A stretch of 64,000 nt of DNA from an uncultured SAR86 cluster bacterium. Its GTDB lineage: Bacteria; Pseudomonadota; Gammaproteobacteria; Magnimaribacterales; Magnimaribacteraceae. The notes beneath the pieces are model-generated. The model was given only the letters and a program-made list of their open reading frames with translations. It ran no database searches and was not told the origin of the DNA. The DNA lies in NCBI GenBank assembly GCA_902618945.1, contig CACNCK010000003.1, forward strand, positions 24,252 to 88,251. Direction: 5' to 3'. The translations under genes were made by a program, and so were the position numbers. Shown piece after piece: positions 47,831 through 57,738 of the stretch. How positions within the stretch are numbered: position 1 is the stretch's first letter; the number at the start of each line of letters is the position of its first letter.

Positions 47831-47880
47831 GTGAGACATATTTTAGAGGAAATAGTACAATCTACGTTCAGCAAAGACCC

Positions 47881-48975
47881 TTGAATAAGAAAACTTCTCT
47901 ATATCAAAACCACCTGGAAGCCAAGGCTAAAATGGTAGACTTCCATGGCTGGGATATGCCAATTAATTATGGCTCTCAAATCGAAGAGCACCATGCAGTG
48001 CGACAAGGTTGTGGTATTTTTGATGTATCTCACATGACAATTCTTGATTTTGAAGGCAGCGAATCCGAACTTTTTATCAGAAAACTGATTGCAAATGACG
48101 TAAGAAAACTTCAAGAGAACTATTCTGGTCTTTATTCTGCTATGTTGAACGATAAAGGCTTTGTAATAGATGACCTAATAGCCTATCGCATGGATAAAGG
48201 ATTTAGACTGGTTGTTAACTGTGCAACCAGAGGTGAGGACTTAAAATGGATATCTGCGAGAGCTAAAGAATATGAAGTAAATATGCTTGAAAGAGACGAT
48301 CTGTCAATGGTCGCTATTCAAGGTCCTCAATCTCCAAATGTCCTTAAGAACTTTCCTGCACCAATAGATTTTCTAAAAGAGAAAAAGAGACAGCAAGGAA
48401 TTTTTCAAGATGATGTCTTTGCAGCAAAAACCGGTTACACCGGGGAATTAGGTTTTGAAGTGATACTGCCTGATGAAAAAGCCATAGATCTTTGGAATAT
48501 AGCAATCAGTGAAGGAGCCAAACCAATCGGACTTGCAGCTAGAGATACACTTAGACTTGAAGCTGGAATGAATTTGTATGGTTTTGAGATGGATGAGACC
48601 ATCTCGCCTTTCGAATGTAATATGGGCTGGACAGTTTGTTGGCAAGATGAGCAAAGAGATTTTTTTGGTAAAGAAAGTTTAATAAAACAGAAAGAATCAA
48701 ATGATCTTAAAGAACTTGTTGGTATAATTACAGACGAAAAGGTGATACTAAGGCAAGGACAGAAAATACACCTTGAGAAAGAGAATCATGCACGCGGAGT
48801 TGTCACTAGCGGAACTTACTCACCAAGCCTAAAGATGCCTATAGCATTAGCAAGATTACCAAAAAGTGATAGCACTTCTTGTTTTGCTGAAATTAGAGGT
48901 AAAAGAGTAAAAGCTATAATAGGTTCACCGAAATTTATCAAAGAGGGAAAAGTTATTTTTAAGGAAAAAGTATGA
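47881..48975 (+). CDS. gcvT: Glycine cleavage system T protein
   Basis: FHGWDMP, FDVSHM, TGYTGELGFE, ARDTLRLEAG, TSGTYSP; TTG start. Confidence 0.96.
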   Translation: MNKKTSLYQNHLEAKAKMVDFHGWDMPINYGSQIEEHHAVRQGCGIFDVSHMTILDFEGSESELFIRKLIANDVRKLQENYSGLYSAMLNDKGFVIDDLIAYRMDKGFRLVVNCATRGEDLKWISARAKEYEVNMLERDDLSMVAIQGPQSPNVLKNFPAPIDFLKEKKRQQGIFQDDVFAAKTGYTGELGFEVILPDEKAIDLWNIAISEGAKPIGLAARDTLRLEAGMNLYGFEMDETISPFECNMGWTVCWQDEQRDFFGKESLIKQKESNDLKELVGIITDEKVILRQGQKIHLEKENHARGVVTSGTYSPSLKMPIALARLPKSDSTSCFAEIRGKRVKAIIGSPKFIKEGKVIFKEKV

Positions 48976-49355
48976 GTTCAGATAGCGAAGTGAGATATTT
49001 ATCAAGTCATGAATGGGGCAGAATAGACGAAGAAGGAATTCTTACTGTAGGGATCAGTGATCACGCACAAGATCTTCTCGGAGATATTGTATTTGTAGAG
49101 TTGCCAGAAGTTGGTGATATGTTAGAAGCAGAGGGAGAGTCTGCAATAGTGGAGTCTGTTAAGGCAGCCTCTGATGTCTATTCACCTCTTACTGGTGAAG
49201 TTATCGAGATTAATGAAAAGCTACTTGAAGAACCGGAAATAATTAATAATTCTCCATTAGAAGATGGTTGGTTTTTCAAAATTAAAATAGATGATGATTT
49301 ACAATTTACTGACTTGCTAACAGAAGAAGAATATAACGATACTTGCGAAGATTAA
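48972..49355 (+). CDS. gcvH: Glycine cleavage system H protein
   Basis: SHEW, GISDHAQDLLGDIVFVELP, lipoyl site VESVKAASD. Confidence 0.97.
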   Translation: MSSDSEVRYLSSHEWGRIDEEGILTVGISDHAQDLLGDIVFVELPEVGDMLEAEGESAIVESVKAASDVYSPLTGEVIEINEKLLEEPEIINNSPLEDGWFFKIKIDDDLQFTDLLTEEEYNDTCED

Positions 49356-49360
49356 AATTA

Positions 49361-52192
49361 TTGGAAAATTTAAATAAAATAAATCTCTTTTCAAAACGCC
49401 ACCTTGGTTCGAGTGAAGCCGAAATTAATTATATGCTTCGGGAGGTTGGATACGACTCTATGAGCTCTTTTATTGATTCAGTAGTTCCCGGATCAATCCT
49501 CAAAAGAAATGCCGTTCAAATAGGTGAAGAAAGGACTGAAGAGGGAGTTTTGGAAGAATTGAAAGAAATAGCTTCTAAAAATAAGGTATTCAAAAGTTTT
49601 ATTGGTCAGGGTCATTATGATAATTTCACACCATCTGTAATCCTAAGAAATGTTTTTGAAAATCCTGGGTGGTACACCTCTTATACACCCTATCAACCTG
49701 AAATATCTCAAGGAAGATTAGAAGCTTTAATTAACTTTCAAACAATGGTTAGTGATCTTACCGCTATGGAATTATCTAATGCTTCTTTACTTGATGAAGC
49801 AACCGCAGCCGCTGAAGCGATGACATTAGCTAAGCGCTCATCTAAATCAAAGTCTGATTCTTTTTTTGTGGATGAGAATAGTTTTCAAAATACAATAAAT
49901 GTTCTTAAAACTCGAGCAGAGCCTTTGGGAATAAAGCTTATATTTGGAAATCCTATTGACCTTCCAAACCATGAGGTTTTTGGTGCATTTCTTCAGTATC
50001 CAGGTTCAAATGGAAAAATTACTGATATGAGCCAACATATTAAATCATGCCATGACCAATCTGCTTTAGCCGTTATAGGTTCTGATCTTTTGGCATTAAC
50101 AATTCTTAAACCCCCTGGTGAAATGGGGGCAGATATTGTCATCGGGTCCTCTCAAAGATTAGGCGTACCTTTAGGGTGCGGAGGACCTCATGCAGCTTTT
50201 ATGGCAGTTAGCGACAAATTGAAAAGATCTATGCCAGGCAGAATAGTCGGAGCATCAGTAGATTCTAATGGAGATGTTGCCTATAGATTAGCTCTCCAAA
50301 CAAGAGAACAACATATAAGACGAGAAAAGGCTACAAGTAATATTTGCACTGCTCAGGCATTGTTGGCCATTATGGCGAGTTTTTATTCGATCTATCATGG
50401 CAAAGAGGGATTGATTGAGATAGCAAATAAGGTTAACTACCTCACTTCTTTGTTAAAAAAGAATTTCGAAGTTAATGGTATAGATTGTCTTGAAGATAAC
50501 TTCTTCGATACCTTAATAATTAGATCCGGCCAACAAACAAAAGAGATACATAAACGCTCTCTGAGCAAGAATATAAATCTTAGAAGAATAGATGAAGAAC
50601 ATATAGGTATCTCATTAGACGAGACCACTTCCATGAAGGATATAGAAAATATCTTGGAAATATTCACAAATCAAAAAATAGATTCTAATTTGAATTTTGA
50701 ATCTTCAATTCCAAAAAAGCTGAAAAGAACTTCTTCCTTCCTAGATCATGAGGTTTTTAAAAGATACAGGACAGAAACAGAGCTCGTAAGATACATTAGA
50801 AAATTAAGTGACAAAGATATAGCACTCGATCGAGCTATGATCCCTCTTGGATCTTGCACAATGAAACTAAATGCCACTTCAGAAATGATTCCGGTGAGTT
50901 GGCCTGAGTTTTCGAAAATTCATCCTTTCGCTCCTAAAGATCAGCTCCAAGGGTATAAAGAGCTAATTGAGGATATGGAAAAGATGCTTGTTGACCTTAC
51001 TGGATATTCTAAGATTTCTTTACAACCTAATGCCGGATCACAGGGAGAATATGCTGGTCTTTTAGCGATAGATGCATTTCATAAAAAAAATAATGAATCT
51101 CATAGAAATATTTGCTTAATACCTAAGTCTGCTCATGGTACTAATCCTGCATCAGCTCAAATGGTAGGCCTTGAAGTCGTTCCGGTCGAGTGCGATGAAG
51201 ATGGAAATATCGATATTGATGACTTAAAACAAAAAGCAGAGATTCATGAGGAAAATCTTTCCTCTCTAATGATAACGTATCCTTCAACACATGGCGTTTT
51301 TGAAACGAATGTCAGTGAGGTTTGTGATGTTATTCATTCAAAAGGTGCCTTTGTCTATATTGATGGAGCAAACTTTAATGCAATGGTTGGAATTTGCTAT
51401 CCGGGATCCTTTGGCGGAGATGTTTCGCACCTGAATCTGCATAAAACCTTTTGCATTCCGCACGGAGGCGGAGGTCCAGGTATTGGACCAATTGGTGTTG
51501 TCGAAAAGCTAAGTGATTTTGTCCCTTCACATCATGATAAAAGTGACCCAGCTGTGGGACCTGTCTCTGGCACTGACTGGGGAAGCGCAAGTATACTGCC
51601 AATCAGTTGGATGTATATGAAGATGATGGGTTCTGAAGGATTGACTCAAGCAACTCAACTGGCCATTTTAAATACAAATTACATAGCTAATAGGCTTAAA
51701 GATCATTATAAGATCTTATACAAAGGTTCTAATGATTTAGTAGCTCATGAATGTATTATTGATGTTCGTCCATTAAAGGAAACAGCAGAAGTTGAAGTAG
51801 AGGACATTGCTAAAAGATTAATCGATTATGGATTCCATGCACCAACGATGTCCTGGCCTGTAGCGGGCACCTTAATGATTGAACCAACAGAAAGTGAATC
51901 TCTGAGTGAGATAGATAGATTCTGTGACGCAATGATTTCAATCAGAAATGAGATAAAAGACATCGAGGAAGGAAAAGTTTCTAATCAAGATAATCTATTA
52001 AAGAACTCCCCTCACTGTGCAAAAACTCTTTTACAACATGAATGGGATCATCCCTATACAAGAGCTGAAGCTGCGTTACCTGCGAAGAGTTTACATGAAA
52101 ATAAATACTGGCCACCTGTAGGAAGAGTTGATAATGTTTATGGAGATAGAAATTTGATATGTAGTTGTCCTTCTATGGAAGACTACGAGTAG
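49361..52192 (+). CDS. gcvP: Glycine dehydrogenase (decarboxylating), single chain
   Basis: YTPYQPEISQGRLE, RREKATSNICT, LGSCTMK, SHLNLHKTF, RVDNVYGDRNL; start placed at TTG 49361. Confidence 0.97.
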   Translation: MENLNKINLFSKRHLGSSEAEINYMLREVGYDSMSSFIDSVVPGSILKRNAVQIGEERTEEGVLEELKEIASKNKVFKSFIGQGHYDNFTPSVILRNVFENPGWYTSYTPYQPEISQGRLEALINFQTMVSDLTAMELSNASLLDEATAAAEAMTLAKRSSKSKSDSFFVDENSFQNTINVLKTRAEPLGIKLIFGNPIDLPNHEVFGAFLQYPGSNGKITDMSQHIKSCHDQSALAVIGSDLLALTILKPPGEMGADIVIGSSQRLGVPLGCGGPHAAFMAVSDKLKRSMPGRIVGASVDSNGDVAYRLALQTREQHIRREKATSNICTAQALLAIMASFYSIYHGKEGLIEIANKVNYLTSLLKKNFEVNGIDCLEDNFFDTLIIRSGQQTKEIHKRSLSKNINLRRIDEEHIGISLDETTSMKDIENILEIFTNQKIDSNLNFESSIPKKLKRTSSFLDHEVFKRYRTETELVRYIRKLSDKDIALDRAMIPLGSCTMKLNATSEMIPVSWPEFSKIHPFAPKDQLQGYKELIEDMEKMLVDLTGYSKISLQPNAGSQGEYAGLLAIDAFHKKNNESHRNICLIPKSAHGTNPASAQMVGLEVVPVECDEDGNIDIDDLKQKAEIHEENLSSLMITYPSTHGVFETNVSEVCDVIHSKGAFVYIDGANFNAMVGICYPGSFGGDVSHLNLHKTFCIPHGGGGPGIGPIGVVEKLSDFVPSHHDKSDPAVGPVSGTDWGSASILPISWMYMKMMGSEGLTQATQLAILNTNYIANRLKDHYKILYKGSNDLVAHECIIDVRPLKETAEVEVEDIAKRLIDYGFHAPTMSWPVAGTLMIEPTESESLSEIDRFCDAMISIRNEIKDIEEGKVSNQDNLLKNSPHCAKTLLQHEWDHPYTRAEAALPAKSLHENKYWPPVGRVDNVYGDRNLICSCPSMEDYE

Positions 52193-52844
52193 TATTTCTT
52201 CTGCCTTCAACCAACCAATTTCTTTCTTCTGCAATTTTACGTAATTTCTTATCAGGGCTTATAGCCGAAGGTATGTCAGAAAATTCAAGTAAAGGTAAAT
52301 CGTGAATTGAGTCTGAATAAGCGAATATCCTTTCAAAATGGTTAGATTTCATCCAAATCTTAATTCTTTTAACTTTCTCCTCGGAAAAGTTAGGAGTTCC
52401 TTCAACCTTACCTGTAAAAACACTATCTTTATACTCAGGATCCGTACCAAAACAAGTTTCAATACCCATTTTTTGGCCGATAACTTTCACAAGAAAGGTT
52501 AAAGAGCCAGATGTGAGAATTTTTGTATCGTCCCTATGTTTTAATAATAATTCTTTAGTTAATTCATCAGTGAGCCTTTCTATAACATCGGAAGTAAATA
52601 TATCGATTTTATCCTCTAATTCTTTGAGACTTTTTCCTACTAATGGGCTGAGTAAGAATTCGGAATACTCGTCTACATTTAAGTCACCCTGCCTATAACT
52701 TTTTTCAAAACTCTCCATTTTATTGAAAAATTCAGGATCTTCGATCAGTCCAGCCTTATCCATATATTTTACCCACTCACCTTCTGTATCTCCATCAAAA
52801 AGAGTGTCATCTAAATCAAATAAGGCTAAATTCTTTTTTTTCAT
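52173..52844 (-). CDS. HAD-IB hydrolase, probable histidinol-phosphate phosphatase
   Basis: LALFDLDDTL, AYSDSIHDLPLL; divergent from rppH; start placed at ATG 52844. Confidence 0.8.
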   Translation of the reverse strand: MKKKNLALFDLDDTLFDGDTEGEWVKYMDKAGLIEDPEFFNKMESFEKSYRQGDLNVDEYSEFLLSPLVGKSLKELEDKIDIFTSDVIERLTDELTKELLLKHRDDTKILTSGSLTFLVKVIGQKMGIETCFGTDPEYKDSVFTGKVEGTPNFSEEKVKRIKIWMKSNHFERIFAYSDSIHDLPLLEFSDIPSAISPDKKLRKIAEERNWLVEGRRNTTRSLP

Positions 52845-52872
52845 TATTATATAGACAGAACAAGACTGAAAT

Positions 52873-53367
52873 ATGGAAGCAACATTATACAGGCCTAATG
52901 CTGGCATTATCATTTTTAATAAAGAGGGCAAATTGCTATGGTGTAAAAGAAAGAGTGGAGATGGATGGCAATTTCCTCAAGGAGGAATAGATCATGGAGA
53001 GACTCCGGAAAATGCTATCTACAGAGAGGCTTATGAGGAAGTCGGACTTGGAAAAGATAAGATTAAAATAATCAAAGAAAATGAAAAGTGGATAAAGTAC
53101 GATGTACCTAAAGAAAAAATACCTAGATATTTTTCTTTTAAAAATAGAAAATTTAAAGGTCAATCTCAGAAATGGTTTTTAGCTCAATTTCTAGGGCAAG
53201 ATAAAGATATTGACCTAACTGTCCATAACCAAATTGAATTCACGGAATGGATATGGGCGAGTTACTGGCATCCGGTATCGGCGGGTGTGGAATTTAAGAA
53301 AAATGCTTACAGACAAGTGCTCACAGATTTCCTTCCCTTCTATAAAGATCAAATGAAAGTTTATTAG
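52873..53367 (+). CDS. rppH: RNA pyrophosphohydrolase
   Basis: YRPNAGI, WQFPQGGIDHGETPENAIYREAYEEVGL Nudix box, GQSQKWFL, FKKNAY. Confidence 0.94.
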   Translation: MEATLYRPNAGIIIFNKEGKLLWCKRKSGDGWQFPQGGIDHGETPENAIYREAYEEVGLGKDKIKIIKENEKWIKYDVPKEKIPRYFSFKNRKFKGQSQKWFLAQFLGQDKDIDLTVHNQIEFTEWIWASYWHPVSAGVEFKKNAYRQVLTDFLPFYKDQMKVY

Positions 53368-54137
53368 TCTTTTACATTAAATGAGAAATCGGCACGAGCT
53401 CCTTCTATACCCTCTTTCTGATAAGTAAGTTCTGAAATATTGATTAAGCCAGATGGTTCAGATATAAATACTGTAGTGCATCGAGTTCCATATATAGGTG
53501 ATCTTATAAATCTAAAAGGAATTTCTTCTCCGTCCCTGACTTGCAGTTCTTTTTTTGTTTTCTCATGAAGATTTCCATACTCTTTTCTCATAATATGAAA
53601 GCCTTTATCAACTGCAAAACCCTCATGAAGAATTTGGTTAAAATCACTCTTAATTGACTCTATTTTTTCTGTTGAGGAGTTCAAAGTTAAATTTCCTAGG
53701 GCATGAATTCCTTCAGAAATAAAAAATATACCTTCCAGTCGATTGCACAAATAAAATAATCCACTTTTATCTCCAACAATCAAATTAAAGCCCGCGTAAT
53801 TATTTTTGCTAGGCTCTAGTGCTTCAAGGTAAGACTTAGCAGACAATTGAGACTCTAGAAATTCCGTTACAAGTGAACCACGTGAATTTGAGTACTTGAT
53901 ATCAGTTTCCTCTTTAAGATTAGTAATTGCACCAAACTTGCCTTTTTTACTAACACCAAGCCATGTTCCTCCAGCTTCTTCATCTCTTCCTGCAAGTACA
54001 ATATTATTTGACCACCATTTCATTCCACTAGTTGGTCTTTCATGATACTCATCACGGTTTGCGATTATCTTGTAAAAATATGAATCTTTACCACTCCAAT
54101 CTTTACTTTTTTCAACTGATAAGGCTATTAAGCACAT
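53364..54137 (-). CDS. NRDE/TANGO2 family protein
   Basis: MCL start, ANRDEY, GGTWLG, SRGSLV, GFNL, YGTRCTT. Confidence 0.92.
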   Translation of the reverse strand: MCLIALSVEKSKDWSGKDSYFYKIIANRDEYHERPTSGMKWWSNNIVLAGRDEEAGGTWLGVSKKGKFGAITNLKEETDIKYSNSRGSLVTEFLESQLSAKSYLEALEPSKNNYAGFNLIVGDKSGLFYLCNRLEGIFFISEGIHALGNLTLNSSTEKIESIKSDFNQILHEGFAVDKGFHIMRKEYGNLHEKTKKELQVRDGEEIPFRFIRSPIYGTRCTTVFISEPSGLINISELTYQKEGIEGARADFSFNVKD

Positions 54138-54178
54138 AAATTAGAGTGTGTGATTACACTTAATGTTAAAATAGAATT

Positions 54179-54964
54179 TTGGAAATTCTATTATACTTTG
54201 TACTAGGAACATTCTCTGGCATCTTAGCTGGTTTATTCGGTATTGGTGGAGGGATAATTATAATTCCAACTTTTTTCTATATATTCTCTTATCTGCAATT
54301 TCCTGATCAAATTCTATCACATATGGTTCTTGGCAGTTCGCTTGGAGTAATAGTCTTTAGCTCGTTATCTTCTACTTTCTCACACAACTTTAGAGGGGCC
54401 GTAGATTGGGGCCTCATAAAATTAGTAGCACCAAGTATAGTGATTGGATCAGCACTTGGGGGAATTACAGCTGGCGCCTTAGACAGTGATACACTTCAAG
54501 GATTGGTCGCCTTATTTCTTGTGGTTGCATCCATACAATTAATCTTTGAGTTCCCTCCACCGCCTCAGAATCCAAGAACTAACTTAATTGGCCCAGTATT
54601 AGCAGGGGGAGGAATAGGATGGCTATCAGGAGTATTTGGAATCGGAGGTGGTATATTTTCAGTACCATATTTCTATCATAGAGGTTTGCTGATGATGAAG
54701 GCCATAGGCACTTCTGCGGCTTGCGGCATACCTATTGCTTTAGCTGGATCCTTATCTTACATGATCATAGGGTATGAAAATATGAATCTCCCTGAAAATA
54801 GCATTGGTTACGTATATTTACCTGCCACTATAATTGTTGGATTAGTTAGCTCACTAACTGCAAAATATGGTGTAAAAATAGCTCACAGAATGAAACAAAA
54901 GAAACTTAGGATTGGGTTTGCCTTTTTAGTTATGCTAATGGCATTGAACCTATTAATGCGTTAA
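54179..54964 (+). CDS. TauE/SafE-family membrane protein
   Basis: AGLFGIGGG and SGVFGIGGG internal repeats, AIGTSAACG. Confidence 0.88.
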   Translation: MEILLYFVLGTFSGILAGLFGIGGGIIIIPTFFYIFSYLQFPDQILSHMVLGSSLGVIVFSSLSSTFSHNFRGAVDWGLIKLVAPSIVIGSALGGITAGALDSDTLQGLVALFLVVASIQLIFEFPPPPQNPRTNLIGPVLAGGGIGWLSGVFGIGGGIFSVPYFYHRGLLMMKAIGTSAACGIPIALAGSLSYMIIGYENMNLPENSIGYVYLPATIIVGLVSSLTAKYGVKIAHRMKQKKLRIGFAFLVMLMALNLLMR

Positions 54965-55222
54965 ATGAAAGATAAAACTCATCAGTATTGGAAGGCAAAT
55001 TTAAAAATTGTTTTTTCACTTCTAGTAATCTGGTTTATTGCTTCCTTTGGATTTGGAATAATTTTCTCTGATACTCTGGATCAAATAAGATTTGGCGGAT
55101 TTAAACTAGGGTTTTGGTTTGCTCAACAAGGTAGCATTTATATATTTGTAATAATCATATTTCTTTATGTTTGGTTGATGAAGAGGCTTGATAAAAAACT
55201 TTCTGAAGAAGAAGAAATATGA
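54965..55222 (+). CDS. DUF4212 small subunit of solute:sodium symporter
   Basis: YWKANL, GFKLGFWFAQQGSI, MKRLD. Confidence 0.88.
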   Translation: MKDKTHQYWKANLKIVFSLLVIWFIASFGFGIIFSDTLDQIRFGGFKLGFWFAQQGSIYIFVIIIFLYVWLMKRLDKKLSEEEEI

Positions 55223-56967
55223 CAACCCAGCTTCTAACATATATTTTTGTGGGTATCACCTTTGCCCTTTATATAGGAATTGCTCTATGGTCTAGAGCAA
55301 GATCAACAAATGATTTTTATGTAGCAGGTAAGGATGTCCATCCAGTGGCAAATGGAATGGCTACTGCAGCAGATTGGATGTCTGCGGCTTCCTTCCTTTC
55401 TATGGCTGGTTTGATTGCATTCCTCGGCAAAGATGGATCCGTGTATCTAATGGGCTGGACTGGAGGTTATGTTTTATTAGCGCTCCTTCTTGCGCCGTAC
55501 TTAAGAAAGTTTGGGAAATTTACTGTGCCGGATTTTATAGGTGAACGTTATTACTCCAAGACAGCCAGAAAATTAGCTGTTGTATGTTTAATATTCATCT
55601 CTTTTACCTACATCGCCGGGCAGATGAGAGGAGTAGGAATAGTTTTCTCTAGATTTTTAGAGGTTGATATTAATACAGGTGTCATAGTCGGAATGGCCAT
55701 AGTTTTCTTTTATGCGGTTTTAGGAGGCATGAAAGGCATTACATATACTCAAGTAGCTCAATACTGCGTACTTATTTTTGCCTACTTAGTGCCTGCTATA
55801 TTTATTTCAATCTTGATGACCGGCGAAGTTATTCCACAAATTGGCTTTGGAAGCACTTTAGTTGATAGTCAAGTATACCTTCTCGATAAGCTAGACCAGG
55901 TTACAAAGGATCTGGGTTTCATTGCTTATACTGAAAATGCTAAAAGTAATATTGATATTTTTTGTATTACAGCAGCCCTAATGTTTGGTACAGCGGGATT
56001 GCCGCATGTCATAGTGAGGTTCTTTACAGTTCCTAGTGTTGGTGCAGCAAGACAATCAGCTGGTTACGCGTTAATTTTTATAGCACTGTTATACACAACA
56101 GCTCCCGCTGTTTCTGCTTTTGCAAGAATGAATCTAATCGATTCGATTCAAGATCAACCTTATAGCACTTCACCCTCCTGGTTTAAGAACTGGGAAGAAA
56201 TAGGTTTAATTGCATGGATAGATAAAAATGAAGATGGAAAAATTCAGTATTCATCCGGTGATGCTCTGGAAAATGTAAAACCTTCATATCAAGAACTTAG
56301 AGGGCCTAATGGACAGAGACTTCTTGAAAATGAACCCAATTTATCTAATGAAAATGAGATTTATATAGACAGAGATATAATCGTTTTAGCAAATCCTGAA
56401 ATAGCTAAACTTCCGAGCTGGGTTATAGCTTTAGTGGCTGCTGGAGGTCTCGCAGCAGCTCTTTCAACTGCAGCAGGGCTCCTACTAGTTATATCTTCAT
56501 CGGTTTCGCATGATCTTTTAAAGAAAACCTACATGCCTAAAATTACTGAAAAACAAGAACTCAAATATGCAAGAATTGCAGCTGCTATTGCAATAGGCAT
56601 AGCTGGCATTTTTGGCATCTATCCTCCGGCATTTGTAGCACAGGTTGTGGCATTTGCCTTTGGGCTCGCTGCAGCAACATTCTTTCCAGCACTTTTTCTG
56701 GGTATATTCTACAAAAGACTAAATAAGGAAGGTGCAATCACCGGCATGCTAGGAGGACTTCTATTTACTGCTTCTTATATTATTTATTTCAAATTTATTA
56801 ATCCAGATATCAATAATTCGGACTTTTGGCTCTTAGGTATCTCGCCTGAGGGAATTGGTTGTATAGGAATGATCATAAACTTTGCACTCGCATTAAGTGT
56901 TTCAATCTTTACCAAACCTCCGCCAAAAGAAATTTTTGATATGGTGGACGAAATCAGGCAGCCATAA
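55219..56967 (+). CDS. Sodium:solute symporter, ActP-like (acetate/monocarboxylate)
   Basis: NGMATAADWMSAASF, LRKFGKFTVPDFIG, GTAGLPHVIVRFFTV, GGLAAALSTAAGLL. Confidence 0.9.
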   Translation: MTTQLLTYIFVGITFALYIGIALWSRARSTNDFYVAGKDVHPVANGMATAADWMSAASFLSMAGLIAFLGKDGSVYLMGWTGGYVLLALLLAPYLRKFGKFTVPDFIGERYYSKTARKLAVVCLIFISFTYIAGQMRGVGIVFSRFLEVDINTGVIVGMAIVFFYAVLGGMKGITYTQVAQYCVLIFAYLVPAIFISILMTGEVIPQIGFGSTLVDSQVYLLDKLDQVTKDLGFIAYTENAKSNIDIFCITAALMFGTAGLPHVIVRFFTVPSVGAARQSAGYALIFIALLYTTAPAVSAFARMNLIDSIQDQPYSTSPSWFKNWEEIGLIAWIDKNEDGKIQYSSGDALENVKPSYQELRGPNGQRLLENEPNLSNENEIYIDRDIIVLANPEIAKLPSWVIALVAAGGLAAALSTAAGLLLVISSSVSHDLLKKTYMPKITEKQELKYARIAAAIAIGIAGIFGIYPPAFVAQVVAFAFGLAAATFFPALFLGIFYKRLNKEGAITGMLGGLLFTASYIIYFKFINPDINNSDFWLLGISPEGIGCIGMIINFALALSVSIFTKPPPKEIFDMVDEIRQP

Positions 56968-57734
56968 TGTTAATTCCTGAATTAGATCCTGTAGCAATAC
57001 AAATAGGGCCATTAGCAATTAGATGGTATGGTCTGACATGGTTAGCTGCCTTTTCAACTATCTACTTCTTAATCAAAAGATACCAAAAGGACTTAAATGT
57101 TGATCAAATCAGTGACCTAATGTTTTATAGCCTTCTAGGTGCGATATTAGGAGGAAGAGCGGGTTATGTTTTCTTCTACTCGATAGAGCAATTTATATCA
57201 AATCCTCTATCTATTTTCTTTATTTGGCAAGGAGGATTATCCTTTCATGGAGGTCTTCTGGGAGTTTTAATTGCTTGCTTCTGGCTATCAAAAAGCTGGG
57301 GTGTTCAATTCTTTTGGTTGATGGATAGGGTAGCTCCATTTGTGCCTCCAGGCCTAGGATTTGTAAGATTGGGAAACTTTATGAATTCAGAGCTTCTAGG
57401 CAGGCCAACTGATATGAGTTGGGGAGTTATATTTCCTTCGGATCCATTAGGAGTAACAAGGCATCCATCTCAGTTATACCAAGCTTTTGGAGAAGGTATA
57501 GTGCTTTTTATTTATATGCTTCTTATCTCAAGGAATTCAAAACCTAAAATGAATATTTCTGGACACTTCCTATTAGGATACGGAGTCATTAGATTCGTCT
57601 CTGAATTCTTTAGAACACCGGATCACCATATAGGATTTATTTTTGAAATTTATACAAGAGGGCAACTTCTATGCCTCCCAATGATAGTAATTGGTGTCCT
57701 TCTAATTTATTATTCGTACAGAAAAATTACATGA
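56967..57734 (+). CDS. lgt: Prolipoprotein diacylglyceryl transferase
   Basis: [37 protein letters not shown]. Confidence 0.96.
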   Translation: MLIPELDPVAIQIGPLAIRWYGLTWLAAFSTIYFLIKRYQKDLNVDQISDLMFYSLLGAILGGRAGYVFFYSIEQFISNPLSIFFIWQGGLSFHGGLLGVLIACFWLSKSWGVQFFWLMDRVAPFVPPGLGFVRLGNFMNSELLGRPTDMSWGVIFPSDPLGVTRHPSQLYQAFGEGIVLFIYMLLISRNSKPKMNISGHFLLGYGVIRFVSEFFRTPDHHIGFIFEIYTRGQLLCLPMIVIGVLLIYYSYRKIT

Positions 57735-57738
57735 ATTA

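Noticed and set aside
47660-47880. Glycine riboswitch upstream of gcvT
   Set aside because: No GGAGA...CCGAAG...CTCTCAGG aptamer core visible
52845-52931. Extended N-termini in the ORF track (HAD 52931, tsaD 8234, gmk 10215, DUF482 22402, rpsU 8256, gcvP 49343)
   Set aside because: Overlap neighbouring genes or promoters; downstream starts match the family N-termini
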